A stretch of 54,136 nt of DNA, the filler included, from Sphacelaria rigidula (lineage: Eukaryota), in the NCBI GenBank assembly GCA_964200075.2. It is 4 parts of 4 records of this genome, joined end to end, with 100 filler letters (N's around TTAATTAATTAA, not from the genome) between each part and the next. Parts side by side here need not be neighbours in the genome. Positions count along the whole stretch, not along the records: positions 1 to 13,462 come from CAXNAA020002872.1; 3 more parts are not named here. One strand, given 5' to 3'. Below the pieces are notes generated by a model that was not told the DNA's origin, searched no databases, and worked only from the letters and a program-made list of their open reading frames with translations. A program made the translations under genes and the position numbers. Shown here piece by piece: positions 1-12,445 of this stretch. How positions within the stretch are numbered: position 1 is the stretch's first letter; every line of letters starts with the position of its first letter.

Positions 1-416
1 CCACGCGTCCCTTTCGAGACGGAGCACCGTTCCTACTCCTAATAGAGGCACCTCCAACATTCTGGCGCTCATTACGTTGAGAGATAGACGGCTTCAATGC
101 GAGGAATGAAAGGAGTTGAGAAGCACACCAAAACAACCGACAGAAAGATAATCAACCGATCAATCAATCAATCAATCAATCTGGCGGGGAGAGTTGGGTT
201 GATCCCCTGAGACCACGGACTCGTCCCGAGGAAGGGGGGGGGGGGGGGTTCAAAGTGCGACAAGTAAATAAATAAATAAAACGAAATAAACACAATAATC
301 AATAACTGATCTATCTAATGAGCTTTACGAACCTCATCGTTTATTCACATGTTTGCTTGTTTTTTTTCTGGTTCCCTTTGTGGCATGGATCCCGTCTCCG
401 CAAAGACATTGCTCAC

Positions 417-740
417 CTGAAACGCCGTCTTCTCACGGGCCGAGCTGGAAGCGTGCGACATGCTCTGCTGGATATCAATACCCTGCGTGAACAACACCGG
501 AACGATATGCACCAAGCCTCCACCCTCCTTGTCCCACAGCACACGGGGTAGTCTCGCCAGAGATCGTCCACCCACCAAGCACTGAATCGTCTCCCCTGCG
601 ACTCCGACCTCTAGCTCGAAGTCACCGACGTCACTCGCGCTGAAAGAACCTTCCCCAGAACCTTCCGCATACTGCCCTTCAGAATATTCCCAGGAGTCTG
701 CTCGTCCTGGCAGCCATTCGTCGGGGGTCGCGGGTAGGAC
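417..740 (-). CDS. INPP4: INPP4-like inositol polyphosphate 4-phosphatase, internal exon (VLPATPDEW...HIVPVLFTQGIDIQQSMSHASSSAREKTAFQ); gene continues left of window
   Basis: AAG acceptor (743-741) and CAG|GTGAGC donor; 324 nt, phase 0/0. VPVLFTQGIDIQQS resembles the INPP4 'PVLF(N/T)xGINExQT' motif that precedes the catalytic region. Recognised from memory, no search run. Confidence 0.85.
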
Positions 741-1252
741 CTTCGGATGCAAGTACACAGGGCAACGGTTTGACCGGGGGGGGGGGGGGGGGGGTTATAT
801 TACTAAAATTGCTGAGAGGGGGTGGTTCCTACCGGATGGGTAGGAGAGATTTGTGTTTAATCTTGAAACANNNNNNNNNNCACGGGTGGGGGGGGGGGGG
901 GAGGGGCACGCGGAAAACAATACACAAGGGAAAGGTGGGGGGGGGGGGGGGGGGGGGGTAATTAAACTAAAAATGCTGAGTGGAGGTCCCGCCACAGTGC
1001 GGGTTCCCACAGCAGTGCAGTCAATCACTAGTCACAAGGCCAATCTGCTACAGTATACCTATATCAAGTAATTGCACTGCACCAGTATAGCACGGAATCC
1101 TCGCGTAGGGCGGTTATGCCGGGCTTGCGACCAACCGCGCCATGCTAGGCTAGAAACCACACTGGTTGGAGACTACCTCGGGGGTGATATCCTCGTCTGG
1201 TGGGTCACGGATGGAGCCACTTGGACGAGACCGGAATGAGTTCGTTCTTGAG

Positions 1253-1515
1253 CACAACCTGGACAATATGTGATCAACAGTTTTCAATAGCCTATACTTT
1301 ACGCAGTACACTTTTTGCTATTGCAATTATGGACCACATACTGCTCACCCGACAATAGTTTTCAATAGGCTTGTACTTCACGCGGTACATTTTTTCCATT
1401 GCAACTATTGACCACATATCGTCCATCCGACAATAGTTGCAATAGACCTACACTTTACGCGGCATATTCTTTTTTCTATTGCAACCACTGACTACACATT
1501 ACTGTCCAGGGTGTG
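1253..1515. mobile_element. hAT-like MITE with three internal ~76-bp hairpin units
   Basis: TIR CACAACCTGGACAAT / ACTGTCCAGGGTGTG; 8-bp flanks TTCTTGAG vs CTCTTGTG; related copy at 7622-7790 and a fragment near 4127. Confidence 0.65.
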
Positions 1516-2444
1516 CTCTTGTGTACGGAGGTTCTGAGCCAGTTAGGGATCGACGGTTCGAATGTGGGAAACAGTTTCACGGTTATCTTCCGGACTACAA
1601 TGTTTTTGTTTCCATTTCCAGATTTGGAGAAGTGGACACTCTCGCACAAAACAAACAATATAACAGCGCTACTCCTCATTTTATGCAATTTGGGGCGCAC
1701 GTACGACTCCGTTACTACACACAACCCGGTTGCACCGCATGTAGATCATGACCTTTTCTGTTAGCTCATGATAATATTGGGTGCTTGCGCTGGCGGCCCA
1801 ACACCAAGTGATGGGACGTGTGAAAAGCAGGATACCGACCCACACAACCATTCAACATGAGACTACCGCGGAGTTTCCCCTCCATTTTTTAAGGTGGAAA
1901 ATGGAAACGCCGACGGAAGAAGTTTCTCCGAGAGGTACACCCCCATCATCGTTAACCCCTGAAGCGCGGCCGAAATTTTCTGTTCCGAGAATACGGCCTG
2001 ACAGTCATGGGGACATGTGGAGTATAGCCATTGTATGCGTTAATCCATGGCCCTCGAATGGCTCGTCGGTGCTAGCTAAATCAGACGCTTGGATTACGGC
2101 AGTCGTAGTCAGCCTGTCTCCATAGTGGAGCGCGCTGGTTGAAGGGTTTTTCAGGGCATCGGATAACACAGCATAGATAGCACTCGCAGCCGTATCTTCT
2201 GCCGCAGGTCGCGTCAGCCTGGTCACCACTCATGACGAACTTCACCTACCCCAACATTGTTGTATGGCAACCCAAAACAGTGTCGTATCTACAGTGCAAG
2301 ACAGGCAACTCTGTCCACAGAGCACAAGATAGCAGGCACCCAGTACACTACGGCATGATTACCGCACAGTACAAGGTCGTGTCAACGGTGTATATAGATG
2401 ACAGTGTGTATATACCGCGGCGGGCTCAACTTCCCCCCCTTATC

Positions 2445-3080
2445 ACCTGACTATGGCATGCATGATCATGAGTACACCCTTATCACCTGGTCCGGCGGAT
2501 ACCCGGCGTCCTCCGTCCCGATTTGTAGGGATGCGAGGTTAATGGTCTTATGACTACGCCATGCATGATCATAAGTACACCCCTCCCTACCACGACGCAT
2601 CAAGACACGACACTCACTGCGTAAGATAGGCAACCAGGTTCCCGTTTTTGTTCACGATTGCACTTTGTTGCGGTCACCGTGATGATGTTTGAGATACGGT
2701 TGCTCATTTTGTGCGAGATGGGAGAACTTCAACGCCGCGCGATGAGGATGGTCGCACCACGCAGTTTGAAATGGTGAGACACCCATGAGGCAGTGTGGAA
2801 CCCGTGGCTGTCTCTGGAAGTGACAATGCCAGAAAATGAGACAACTCATTCGAGGCTGTCATGCATATGCACGATAAATAGTCCCCTTCGGATTGAACAA
2901 TCTTAGCAGGATGCAGCCCATCCCTCGTGCGACTCGCCGAACACATCACGGCGCTTCCCGCTTGGTGATTGCGAGCCTGGTCCGGCGAAAACCCGGCGTG
3001 CTCCGTCTCGGCTTTGAAGGGAGTGGAGGCAAGGCCAAAGGTGTTATGACTACGATATAAAAGATCATGACTCCACTATG
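2445..3080 (+). mobile_element. Decayed non-LTR retroelement 3' region with tandem tail copies; same tail on minus at ~12930-13040, 13385-13462, 52665-52765
   Basis: Recurring TCCGGCGAAAACCCGGCGTGCTCCGTC(C/T)CGG...TATGACTACG..ATGCATGATCATGAGTACACCC. Confidence 0.55.
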
Positions 3081-3676
3081 GAAGGCACGCGAGCACTACA
3101 GACGTACACGATGGAAAAAAAAGCACGACAAATCTTTACCACCACCACCACCACCACCACGTCTTTCCGATCACCCACTCGACTCCACTCGGTCATACTC
3201 CACCAGTCTCGAACATCCCCGGTGCCACCCTCTCCTGCTTGGCAGCCTCGTTCGCTCTCTTGCTCTCAAATTCTTAAATTACTCTTCGCGCTGACCACTC
3301 GACTCAAGCACTGACTACTCTAACCGACAGTCCTTTCAATCCTGGAACCACATTCTACATTCCACATGCCACGTTATGTCAGACCCTGGAACGTCGAAGT
3401 CTTCCGCCTGCACAAACGTCAGATTCCGTCTTGGTCTCGATCTTTCATTTCGGCTGAGATTGTTAGACGACAGCCGACGCGGCCATGGAGTGCGTACTGA
3501 CTCAATCCGGGCTACCAAAATCTAGGGCGTGAACCGGGGGGGGGGGTAGCTTGTGATCCCTGAGGACCATGGGCTCGTTCTGAGGAAGGGGAGCGGTTAG
3601 AAAAGTGAGGATAGCAACAACAATAACAACAGCAAGAGCAAGAGCGCAGCTTTCACATGACAACTACTCACTGTAC

Positions 3677-3763
3677 CTGTAGCTTGAAGTCTGCAAGCAT
3701 GTCGAGAGCGGCAACCGTGTCCTCCACCATGCCGTGCTCCTTTCCGTGAATCGACAGCAACCC
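3677..3763 (-). CDS. INPP4: INPP4-like exon (GLLSIHGKEHGMVEDTVAALDMLADFKLQ)
   Basis: TAG acceptor, CAG|GTACAG donor, 87 nt, phase 0/0, joins the 740 exon in frame. Matches the INPP4 'SLLSTYGEELAMLED' motif. Confidence 0.85.
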
Positions 3764-5010
3764 CTAGTACATCCAGAGAAATTCAAACGGCTGTACTATT
3801 TTAGCGATCGAAGCTACACGTTCTCGCCAGGGTAACTAACCTCTTCACTCGACTCGCGAATGAAGCTGGCATCTTGATCCGCTACGGCAAGAGCATTCGT
3901 CCATCCTTCTGACTTGTTTCTTCTCCCCTCAACAACTTTCTTTTTCCCGAGTCTCCGTCACTACTAGTGCGAATATTTTTCCGTTTTGGTGTACTTTGAA
4001 TTTGAAGTTGGGGGTCACACATCTTATCTTGGGTGATTACTGCGACTGGATGATTTGTAGTTGGATCGTTAACGCGCGACAACCGTACCAGCCCCTCAAC
4101 AAACCGACCGATCGATGAAACACTTCCACACCCTGGACAATGACAATGTGTAGTTGGGTACGACTATCATGAGACTATGGCTGGACCCCTGGGGGGTCAG
4201 TTAAAGTGCGACAATCAATCCATCACTCAATCACTCAATAGTCAATAGATTCAAAAGACAATAAAGATATGGACCACTAAATTCAAAAGACCAAAAATGT
4301 ACCGGATTGCGTGAAGATCTATTGGAACTGCTGTCGATCGACAATGGTTGCAATAGGCCTACGCTCAACCCTTTGATCGCGAGGGTAGGTCCCCTGCTAA
4401 ATTGGCATCAATTTTCACTTGAAAAAATTATGGATGATCCAGATGGACTACTACCCGCACCGCGGTCTAAGGGTTCAACACAGTACAGTTTTGGTGTATT
4501 GCATGTATTGAACATATATTTTCTAGCGTGTCATCAATTCGTACCTACGAAAAATAATAATAATATGATTATATGAATGTTGGCATCCACACGTTTACGA
4601 ACGAATCTTTTCCTTGAATTTCAACCTTTGGGTTAACAGTATGTCTCATATTGCGTAACGCGATTGGATGATGATTTCGAATCGGATCATCTAAATGCGC
4701 GACAGTCGATCCATTGCATACCCATCATCTATCCTTGAATCAGTCAAGCCGCTCAAGAAGGTCTCCTATCTCATGTAAGAAATAGAAGTAACGGTACTAG
4801 TAAGGCGAGCCGAAGTCTGTGACCACGAGTTCGAGATATGAGGCTAATGTGCGTCGTGCACAACAACAATAATAACAACGATACGATATTGTACCAACAT
4901 AATAAGATTGATGCTGATGCTGATGGTAATGATAATAACAACATCAACAACAAAAATTATAACCCCAGTGATATGAATGTGTACAGATAGGTGCATGATA
5001 TCCACATTAA

Positions 5011-5128
5011 CCCGTTAGGTACCCATTGACGATTTCTGTTTTTGTGAATCGGCATCATTTTCATTCAGTTCCAAGTAAAAATGACGCCGATTCACAAAAA
5101 CAAGAATCGTCGGTGGGTTCCAAAAGGG
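5011..5128. mobile_element. piggyBac-type miniature fold-back MITE
   Basis: TTAA|CCC...GGG|TTAA ends (TTAA at 5007-5010 and 5129-5132); the body is an imperfect palindrome. Confidence 0.75.
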
Positions 5129-5625
5129 TTAAGGACGACTGTTTCTTTTGTCAGCCGAGACCTCGTTTCTCCAACCACGTTGCTCAATGTAACTAGTTGC
5201 GTACACCACACTACACCACTCGAGTCAGTTCAAACGTCATTCCTCTTCGAAAAAAGTGGTTCTACTTCTACAAAAACCCAAAAGTCCTTGCAGTTCTCAC
5301 AAGTCAAAAACTCTGAGTCCACCCTTACCCAGAAGCCACAGCATGCAAGGAGAATTGACCAATCATCAATCGAATGGACTGAACGAAGGAAGAAACATTA
5401 AAATTACAAAACGCGGTCAAGGTGTAGTATGAGGGCGAAAAACGTGTTGGGGGGGGGGGGGGGGGGGGGGGGCAAAAAATAAGTAGTTTTTTTTCCCGGT
5501 CGGCGCCCTTAACATATATACTTGTTTTGTTTTCTTTTTTTTTGGGGGNNNNNNNNNNAAAAAAAAAAAACAAAAAAAAAGAAGAAGAAAAAAAAAAAAG
5601 AAAAAATAAAAAAAAGAAGGGGGGT

Positions 5626-5679
<54 letters not shown>

Positions 5680-5854
5680 CTGTCAAAAAGTTAGTAGATT
5701 TTGTTCCCGTTCGGCGCCATTACCATATATCCATGGTTGATATTCGCTTGCTTAGGGTGTCGACACCAAGATCCGGATCTTCAGTGGGTGGTGCTGACAG
5801 TCTCGAGAAGTTTAGCTTACCACTTCATAGGTATGGGAACTTCTCGTACATTTT

Positions 5855-6345
5855 TTTATTTCGAATAACTCCAACTCCATTTCTGAAACCCAAACCCTAA
5901 CCCCAACGAAAGCATACCGAGAACCCTCAGGCAAGGGGGGTGCAGAGTGTTCCCAAGGTAAAGTGCGCGTTGCGAGACCTCACAACGGCGCTGCAGGCGC
6001 CGATTTGGACGAAAACGCGTTCTGCGCACGCTATGAGGACATTTCCCATGAAAGATCCGAATTTCGGGGTCCACACTAAAATCAAGTCGGAAAGTCGCAT
6101 TATCTACCAAGTGGTGAACTCCACTGGTTCCCAGTCCTCCTATTTGTTATAGCGTACGCAAAACGCATTTTGTCCAAATCGGCGCTTGGGCACGCGCCGA
6201 TGTGAGGTCTGCCAACACACACTTTGCCTAGCTAGGGTACCACCCTTTGCGCCCCCCCTCCCCTTGCCCGAGGGTTCTCGGTATGTGTGCCTTGGGTTGG
6301 GGTGAAGGTACAGGTTAGGGTTAGGGTCAGGGTCAATTCAAAAAC
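5855..6345. repeat. Long imperfect inverted repeat with telomere-like TTAGGG units; third arm at ~6665-6830
   Basis: CATACCGAGAACCCTC..GATTTGGACGAAAACGCGTT is mirrored by AACGCATTTTGTCCAAATC..GAGGGTTCTCGGTATG; AAACCCTAACCCC / GGTTAGGGTTAGGG at the outer ends. Confidence 0.7.
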
Positions 6346-7621
6346 GTGGCAGCCATGTACAGAACGGCGTCAGACTGGGACAAACCAATCTCGTTCAATA
6401 TCAAGGGCCATAGGAAAAGGCACTGCGGGAGAGACGATCCTTATTATACCTCAAATCCCAAAAGGAAACCCGTGGTCGTCCATCGCTTCGCTAGATCCTC
6501 CACGCTAGCACACCCCCCGGTGCTCATATCCGAGGCAACGTTCAGCGTGCCCCTGTGTCAGTCAGCAGAGTTAACCAGAGTTGGGTTACAAAGTTGGATT
6601 ACTAGATTTTCAGTGTACACAACGAGAATTGGATCTTTAGTAGGGCTTGACAGTCCCGTGTGCTCCTAGTAGAGCGTGCGCAGAACGCGTTTTCGTCCAA
6701 ATCTGCGCCTTTTAGGCGCCCATTTGAGGTCCACGTACGCCACACTTCGCCTGGAGAACCCTTTGCATATACCTTCCTTGCCCGAGGGTTTTCGGTATGC
6801 CTTGGATTGCGGTTAGGGTTAGGGTTTCGCGATTTAATAGTTGTAAATTGTGTCAACCATGGACAGAACGTAGCCCAACCCCAATAACCCCACCCCATGT
6901 CGGCAGCCAAACAACGTGGACAAGCACCCGGCTAAGCTCAGGGGAACGCGTTTGGCGATTGCAGGCTTTCACAAAAGAATTGTGTGAGGGAGGGAGGAGT
7001 GGAAGCCCCGGGTGCGGACGGTTGCAACCGCTATTTCATCCCATATTATGAGTCAAGAAGCACTACCGGGTCAAAAGGTACATGCGTATTATTAGGAGAA
7101 AAAGAATCGAACCCGATCCTTGGGTGAGGAAGGGTTCACGCGTCCAATTCAATACTAGATCGAGACGGCAGCAACGCACGCCCCCCGTAAGAGTTGATTG
7201 TAAATTTGCTCTCGATTACCTATCCACCAACCGGATAAACTTCTTTCGGGTTTATGGGCACCACCCACCCATCCCATCCCCTCACCTCACCCGAAAGTTT
7301 AAACGAAAGAAGAGAGAGGACGTACTGTACACCATTCTTGCTTTTTATTTCCTCCCCTCACGTTGCCCTCGGGACGGCTCCATAGTCTCAATCGATCGAG
7401 GGAATCAGACGGCCTCACCTCTTCGCTATCGGAAGGAAAGAGGAGCACATGTTCCAGATTTTATTCAGGGGCATGTGACATCTATACATCCTGTCCACAT
7501 ATTTCGCCGCTGCGCCCCGCCGGTCTAATAATGGAACAGCTACCACCATTTGACTGGTTGATTAGTTGATTGGTTGATCGAGGCCATGTCTCTAGCACAT
7601 CACTTTTCAATCGAAATAGTA

Positions 7622-7790
7622 CACACCTTGGACAATATATGGTCAATAGATGCAATAGACAAGAAACGTATTGCATGATGTCCAGGCCTATTCGACTACT
7701 GTCGGCCGGCAATAGTTGCGATAGGCCTACACTTTATGCAGTACACTTGTCGTCTATTGCATCTATCGACCATCTATTGTCCAGGCTGTG
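7622..7790. mobile_element. hAT-like MITE (same family as 1253-1515) nested in a palindromic element
   Basis: CACACCTTGGACAAT...TTGTCCAGGCTGTG; TSD AAATAGTA / AAATAGTG. Confidence 0.7.
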
Positions 7791-7925
7791 AAATAGTGCG
7801 GTGGAAAACGAAAATCTCGATCTGATGGGTCGTGATTTCAACCATCTTCAAAATTAAAAAATGACTACGGTTGAAATTACGACCTATCAGATCGGGATTT
7901 TTCTTTTCCACCGCACAATTTCGAT
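7791..7925. repeat. Fold-back palindrome (MITE-like)
   Basis: GTGCGGTGGAAAACGAAAATCTCGATCTGATGGGTCGTGATTTCAACC mirrored by GGTTGAAATTACGACCTATCAGATCGGGATTTTTCTTTTCCACCGCAC. Confidence 0.75.
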
Positions 7926-9744
7926 CGAAGACTAATGTTATATGTGATGACACACGCCCTAATGGATGGATTGATGGTCACATACCACATATCAACTCAG
8001 GCCCCAGGGATCCAACCATGATCGCATGGTAGATGTACCCAAAATTACGGCTCGTGAAGTCACAGTACATTACGGCTTGTGCGCCATGAATGACTTCATG
8101 AATCCCATACTCCTACGAGTTGGACCAGCATAAAAGCTGCTAAAACTTGCTCACACCACAGCTTCCCCAGTTTCTCGAATGAACCCGATGTGAGAACATC
8201 ACTGTGAAGTGTAGACCAACCTGGTGACACACGGTACCGCCGCTGACTGAAAAAAAAAAATGAAAGAAAATGTACTGCATAATGTATAACCTCAACGACG
8301 GACGAAAAAAAAAAGAGAATATGTCGGGATTCGAACTCATGACCTCATAATTGGAGACTCCCATCACTTGATTTATTGGGGGTGAAGCAGCGTCACGGAA
8401 AATGTAAAACGCACTGCCCAATTCGACGAGTCTTGAGCTGAAATTTTAGGAAGACCTTCTGCAACAAAGGAGATACTTGACATGTCTAGCTGCAGATTCT
8501 CCTTTTTGTCCTGGACTTATGGCATTATCTTGTTTTTTTTTTTCTGATTTTTCAAATGCCCATAACTTATTATTTTAATTTTTTTATTTGTTAGTCCCGT
8601 CACCTTCTGCATTCCGATCATAAAAAGTTGCTGTCAAAATTTCAGCGTCCAACTCCTCATATCGCGCCGTGCGTCGCCTGAGCGAGATTGACACCTACTC
8701 GTGGCTGGCCCAGCTCACATACATGATACAAGGTTCCCTTCGGGAGGATTGTGTGGGCCTCCCGGGGGTGTCGCAAGTCGAAAATATATGGTCCAGAGAA
8801 GCTACTGTTGTATCTCAATGTACAGTGGTGATCGTGGCGGTACAAAACATCGCACGTGTTATCGGATGTGGTTCGGAAGTATAGGAATTCGGACGGAGGC
8901 CGACGGCGGAACCGCCGGCGTAGGACATGTGTGGTATACCCGAGGTGCCAGAGTGCGAAGTAGCTCTCGTGCCACAAAGACATGACAGCGGGAGGCACTT
9001 CCCGAAAAATTGGAATGCGTGGAACATTATTGGCATGATCTTTTTACATCACTGTGGCTTCCACATCACCGTGCCTTTTTTCGAAACAGGGTGATTGCCT
9101 TCTGCGGCAAAACATGCCTGTGCTGCCGTGCTGCTGCACGTTGTTCGACTCGTCAATGGCCTATCGCACGGTCTTATGTTTGCTGGTGACTAAGGCCAAG
9201 GCCATGTTCAATTGTTCTCAACTGCTTTGCTCTCATGTTATCGTGACATTGGCAGCATAACCAGTGTGTTCGTGCTCCCAAATGAACGAGAACGCGACGA
9301 AGAGAAACACGGGGAAAAAACACCCCGCCAAAAGTAATCCCGTTTCAAGTTTTGCATGATATTCAACAGGCTTTTGTGGTTCGGGATCGACCCCCCGCGA
9401 AAAAGGACCTGTTTGAGCGACTTTCGGTGGCCAGAACACGCACCGCAGGTATCAGATGACACCCAAACCTGAACGGCAATGTACCGCTGAGCCTTCTCAG
9501 TGCGCTGCAAAAGGAAGCGTGGGGAAAAAAGCCTTGCCGCCAGAGAAAACTCGGCAAAAGTGGTGAAAAATGTGAAATGATACATGTACATATGATACAT
9601 GAGAGTACGATTTCGAGCTGATCTCCCAAGTTTGAGGTGAAGAACAAAAAATGCTCTCCATTATTATTTCAGTTCCTTTGTGCGATTTTGTCACGAATCG
9701 TGATCCATGGATTTCGATCTTCGAGTAAGTATGAGCATACATAA

Positions 9745-9970
9745 ATACCGTAATTGCGCGAGTCATCGCACACCCCATGGACCGAATTTGAAAGGTCGAT
9801 TACTCCATGACAAAGCGTGTGTCAATACCAAACGACGCGTTTTCGGGCAGCTATCGACGAGATCTTTCAAGCGTCACCCTTTTCAGAACAGGTGCATTTC
9901 TTGTTGTGGAGTAATCGAGCTTTGACATTCGGTCCAGGGGGTGTGCGATGACTCGCACAATTACGGTAAA
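9745..9970. repeat. Inverted repeat with ~70-bp arms (MITE-like)
   Basis: TACCGTAATTGCGCGAGTCATCGCACACCCC..GGACCGAAT vs ATTCGGTCCAGGGGGTGTGCGATGACTCGCACAATTACGGTA. Confidence 0.7.
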
Positions 9971-10384
9971 TCAGCGCAAAATTGACTCGAAGCTGTTCAG
10001 TTCGAAATTTTGATGCGTTAAGAACTAACTGCTTGTGTATCACTATCATGCTATAGTGCACTCTTTCGTCAACCAAGTAAAAACCAGGATACCTGGACAA
10101 TACTCCCCCACACTAAATTCAAGGTCGCTGATCCACAAGGCAAGCGCCGTTTCCTGTGCTTGTAGGAAGAAAAATAGAATAAAAATTACCCCCACCATCC
10201 CACTGTTGTCTACCGAAAAGGAACGACCGACTCCTTCTTCACGTCCCCTTCCTTACTGATACAGATTTGTTACTGTCAGTCACCCAGAATTTTGACATAG
10301 TTTGATACCTGAGCAGACCGCAATGATACTCGTAAACTGTCAATATTATGTCTACTAGACTGCAGCTACATTGTGCACCCCCTC

Positions 10385-10860
10385 TGACCCCCGCGAGAAA
10401 TATGAAACTGCGATTTCAGGTGGGGGACCTGGACCTGCCAGAACGAAGAAAGATATATACCAATCGTCAAAAGGGGGAGGAAGCAGATACAATGAATTGA
10501 TCCTGTGGCGAAGCAATAGAGAGCAGAAGTCATCTAGTGGCAGAATATGAACTATACAAGGAGGAACGGGGCGTGCTAGAGGGGGAAATGCGAGACGTGA
10601 AGAAANNNNNNNNNNGTAGGGAGAAAACGATGGCTACACTAAGAGATAGATGGTGGCCACAGACGGCGAAACAGGACGGGGATAAGATATGTAAGAGGTT
10701 CTTGTGTAATGTATGGAAGAAACGTGATGAGCGCCGGAATGTTGAAGGTGTCTCCATTACATAGAGTAGGAAGGGTGCTCCGTCTCGAAAGGGATGCGTG
10801 GTCAATGGTCACACGGCTAAGGCAAGCAACGAATGGGTACGCCCCCTCTGACCCCCCCGC
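10385..10860 (+). mobile_element. 5'-truncated LINE 3' end; shorter tail copies at 1-78 (-), 13564-13640, 26935-27010, 27123-27200, 48300-48385 (-)
   Basis: Decayed reading frame ...ELYKEERGVLEGEM...DRWWPQTAKQ..., then GCTCCGTCTCGAAAGGGATGCGTGGTCAATGGTC...AAGGCAAGCAACAAATGAGTACGCCCCC, a tail recurring six times in the window. Confidence 0.7.
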
Positions 10861-10898
10861 GCGATTCCCCATCTAGGAAAAAAACATGTTGCTCTCAC

Positions 10899-11140
10899 CG
10901 AGCCATCATCTCCAGCTTGGCGCAGAAACTTGCTGCCGCGATGCTGATCGCCTGGCTCAATACGCAAGCCCTCCTCATGGAGACGGTCCCGCTCAGGACT
11001 TCGTGCTCCAGCAAGGCGTCCCTGAGCCTATCCACGTGTCCCTCGAGCTCGGTGGCTTGTTCCAACCCACCATTGAGGCAGCACTCTCGGCACTTGGCTC
11101 GAAGGCCCAGCACCTTGTCGCCTAGCGTTCGCAGAGATGC
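10899..11140 (-). CDS. INPP4: INPP4-like exon (ASLRTLGDK...SMRRACVLSQAISIAAASFCAKLEMMAR)
   Basis: ACAG acceptor, CG|GTGAGA donor, 242 nt, phase 0/2. RRACVLSQAISIAAASFCAKL resembles INPP4 'RRDVVFSQALAALVCGFIIKL'. Confidence 0.82.
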
Positions 11141-11187
11141 CTGTGTGTTTTGGTGTTTGGGTTCATATTTTGCCAGGACGAGTGTTG

Positions 11188-11286
11188 GTGATGGTGATGG
11201 TAATGGTAATGGTAATGGTAGGTGTAAGGGTAAGGGTAAGGGGTAAGGGTAGGGGTAGGGATAAGGGTTAGGGCTAGGGTAAGGTG
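11188..11286 (+). repeat. Degenerate hexamer array (GGTGAT/GGTAAT grading into GGTAAG/GGTTAG), telomere-like, next to an INPP4 acceptor
   Basis: Seen directly in the sequence. Confidence 0.75.
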
Positions 11287-12063
11287 AGTGATGGGTTTTT
11301 TTTGGCACACTGTTAACCCCCTTCTCCTTCTCAGGATGAATCCGTGTTCTCAGGGGATCAACCCACCTCTCCTCCGGTACACGCCTTGAACTTTGGTAAA
11401 TATCGTGGATTGGAGAAGCATCAGCTTTATCGCACCACGTCGACTCTACTCAACTCCGCTCTTTTTGCTACTACGGATATCAGATACTTTCCCGAAAAAG
11501 TCCGACTGTATCTGCCCGAATTTCAAGCGACATTATTCCGACCTAATAGCTTCAGTTTTAGCAGTTATTGTAGACCATCGGGGCGCGGCGGCAAGGTTAG
11601 GGTAAGCGTTCTGAAGGAAAGAGGAACCAAGGATGAAGATGCAGATATACAAGGCCACGGGCACGGTCAAAGTCACAGGCAAAACCCCTGAACGTTGATT
11701 GATTGATTCTGACATTTTGTATCCATATTCATTGTCGAACAGTATTCATAATAGATCCCACAGGGATCTCGCCGTGGTTACATGATGTATGCGTGACATG
11801 CCGAAACGAGTTCTTCATCCGTCGTGTGACAGAACTGACATTGGGTGTACTGCATCCTTCATTAGATCACAAGTTATACATTATACATGCATTGACTTTG
11901 GTGTACACTGAGCCGAACGTTCCGTCCTGTACAGATGAAGCATACTGCGAATAGTGCAAAATGAGACGTTTCTATTTTGACATGCCCTCGTGGGTAAGTG
12001 TGTGCGCGTGTGTCTAGCTATTTCGTACACTTTACAAGTTATATATTGCATTTGGTATACACC

Positions 12064-12411
12064 GCCGGTCGCCCCGGTGGCTCAGTTGGTGATCTCATAA
12101 CCTTATCATGGTTGAGTTGTGGGGTTCGATTCCCGGAGCGATCTGGGATTTAATCTTACACCATGCCCAACAGCGGAGAGCGATTATGTCGTGGGTACAC
12201 GAAATTCGACTTAACGGTCGACGAGGGAAAGAAACTGCTGGACCCCTCTCGCGATAAAAAATATAAGGCAAGCACCGCAGAAGGAAGGAGGGGAATTAAA
12301 AACAAATAAAAAGAAAAGGCTCCTGTCTTGACCTTCCTCCTGTGTAACCCCGGCTGATGCGCCCACATATCCCGAAAGGAGTTGACTGGTGCCCAGAATA
12401 AAGGGGACGAC

Positions 12412-12445
<34 letters not shown>
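12064..12445 (+). mobile_element. tRNA-headed SINE, family 1, copy A
   Basis: A box TGGCTCAGTTGG, B box GGTTCGATTCC; shared body GTCGACGAGGGAAAG..; tail CAGAATAAAGGGGACGACAA(CA)n. Confidence 0.8.

Noticed and set aside
5417..5740. Poly-Pro/Gly/Lys ORFs (also 770-1071)
   Set aside because: They arise from homopolymer runs beside N stretches, i.e. low-quality sequence.
12064..12140. tRNA genes (also 35066, 37437, ~8325, ~18480, ~52605)
   Set aside because: A/B boxes are present but I see no convincing cloverleaf; the heads are fused to SINE bodies or degenerate.
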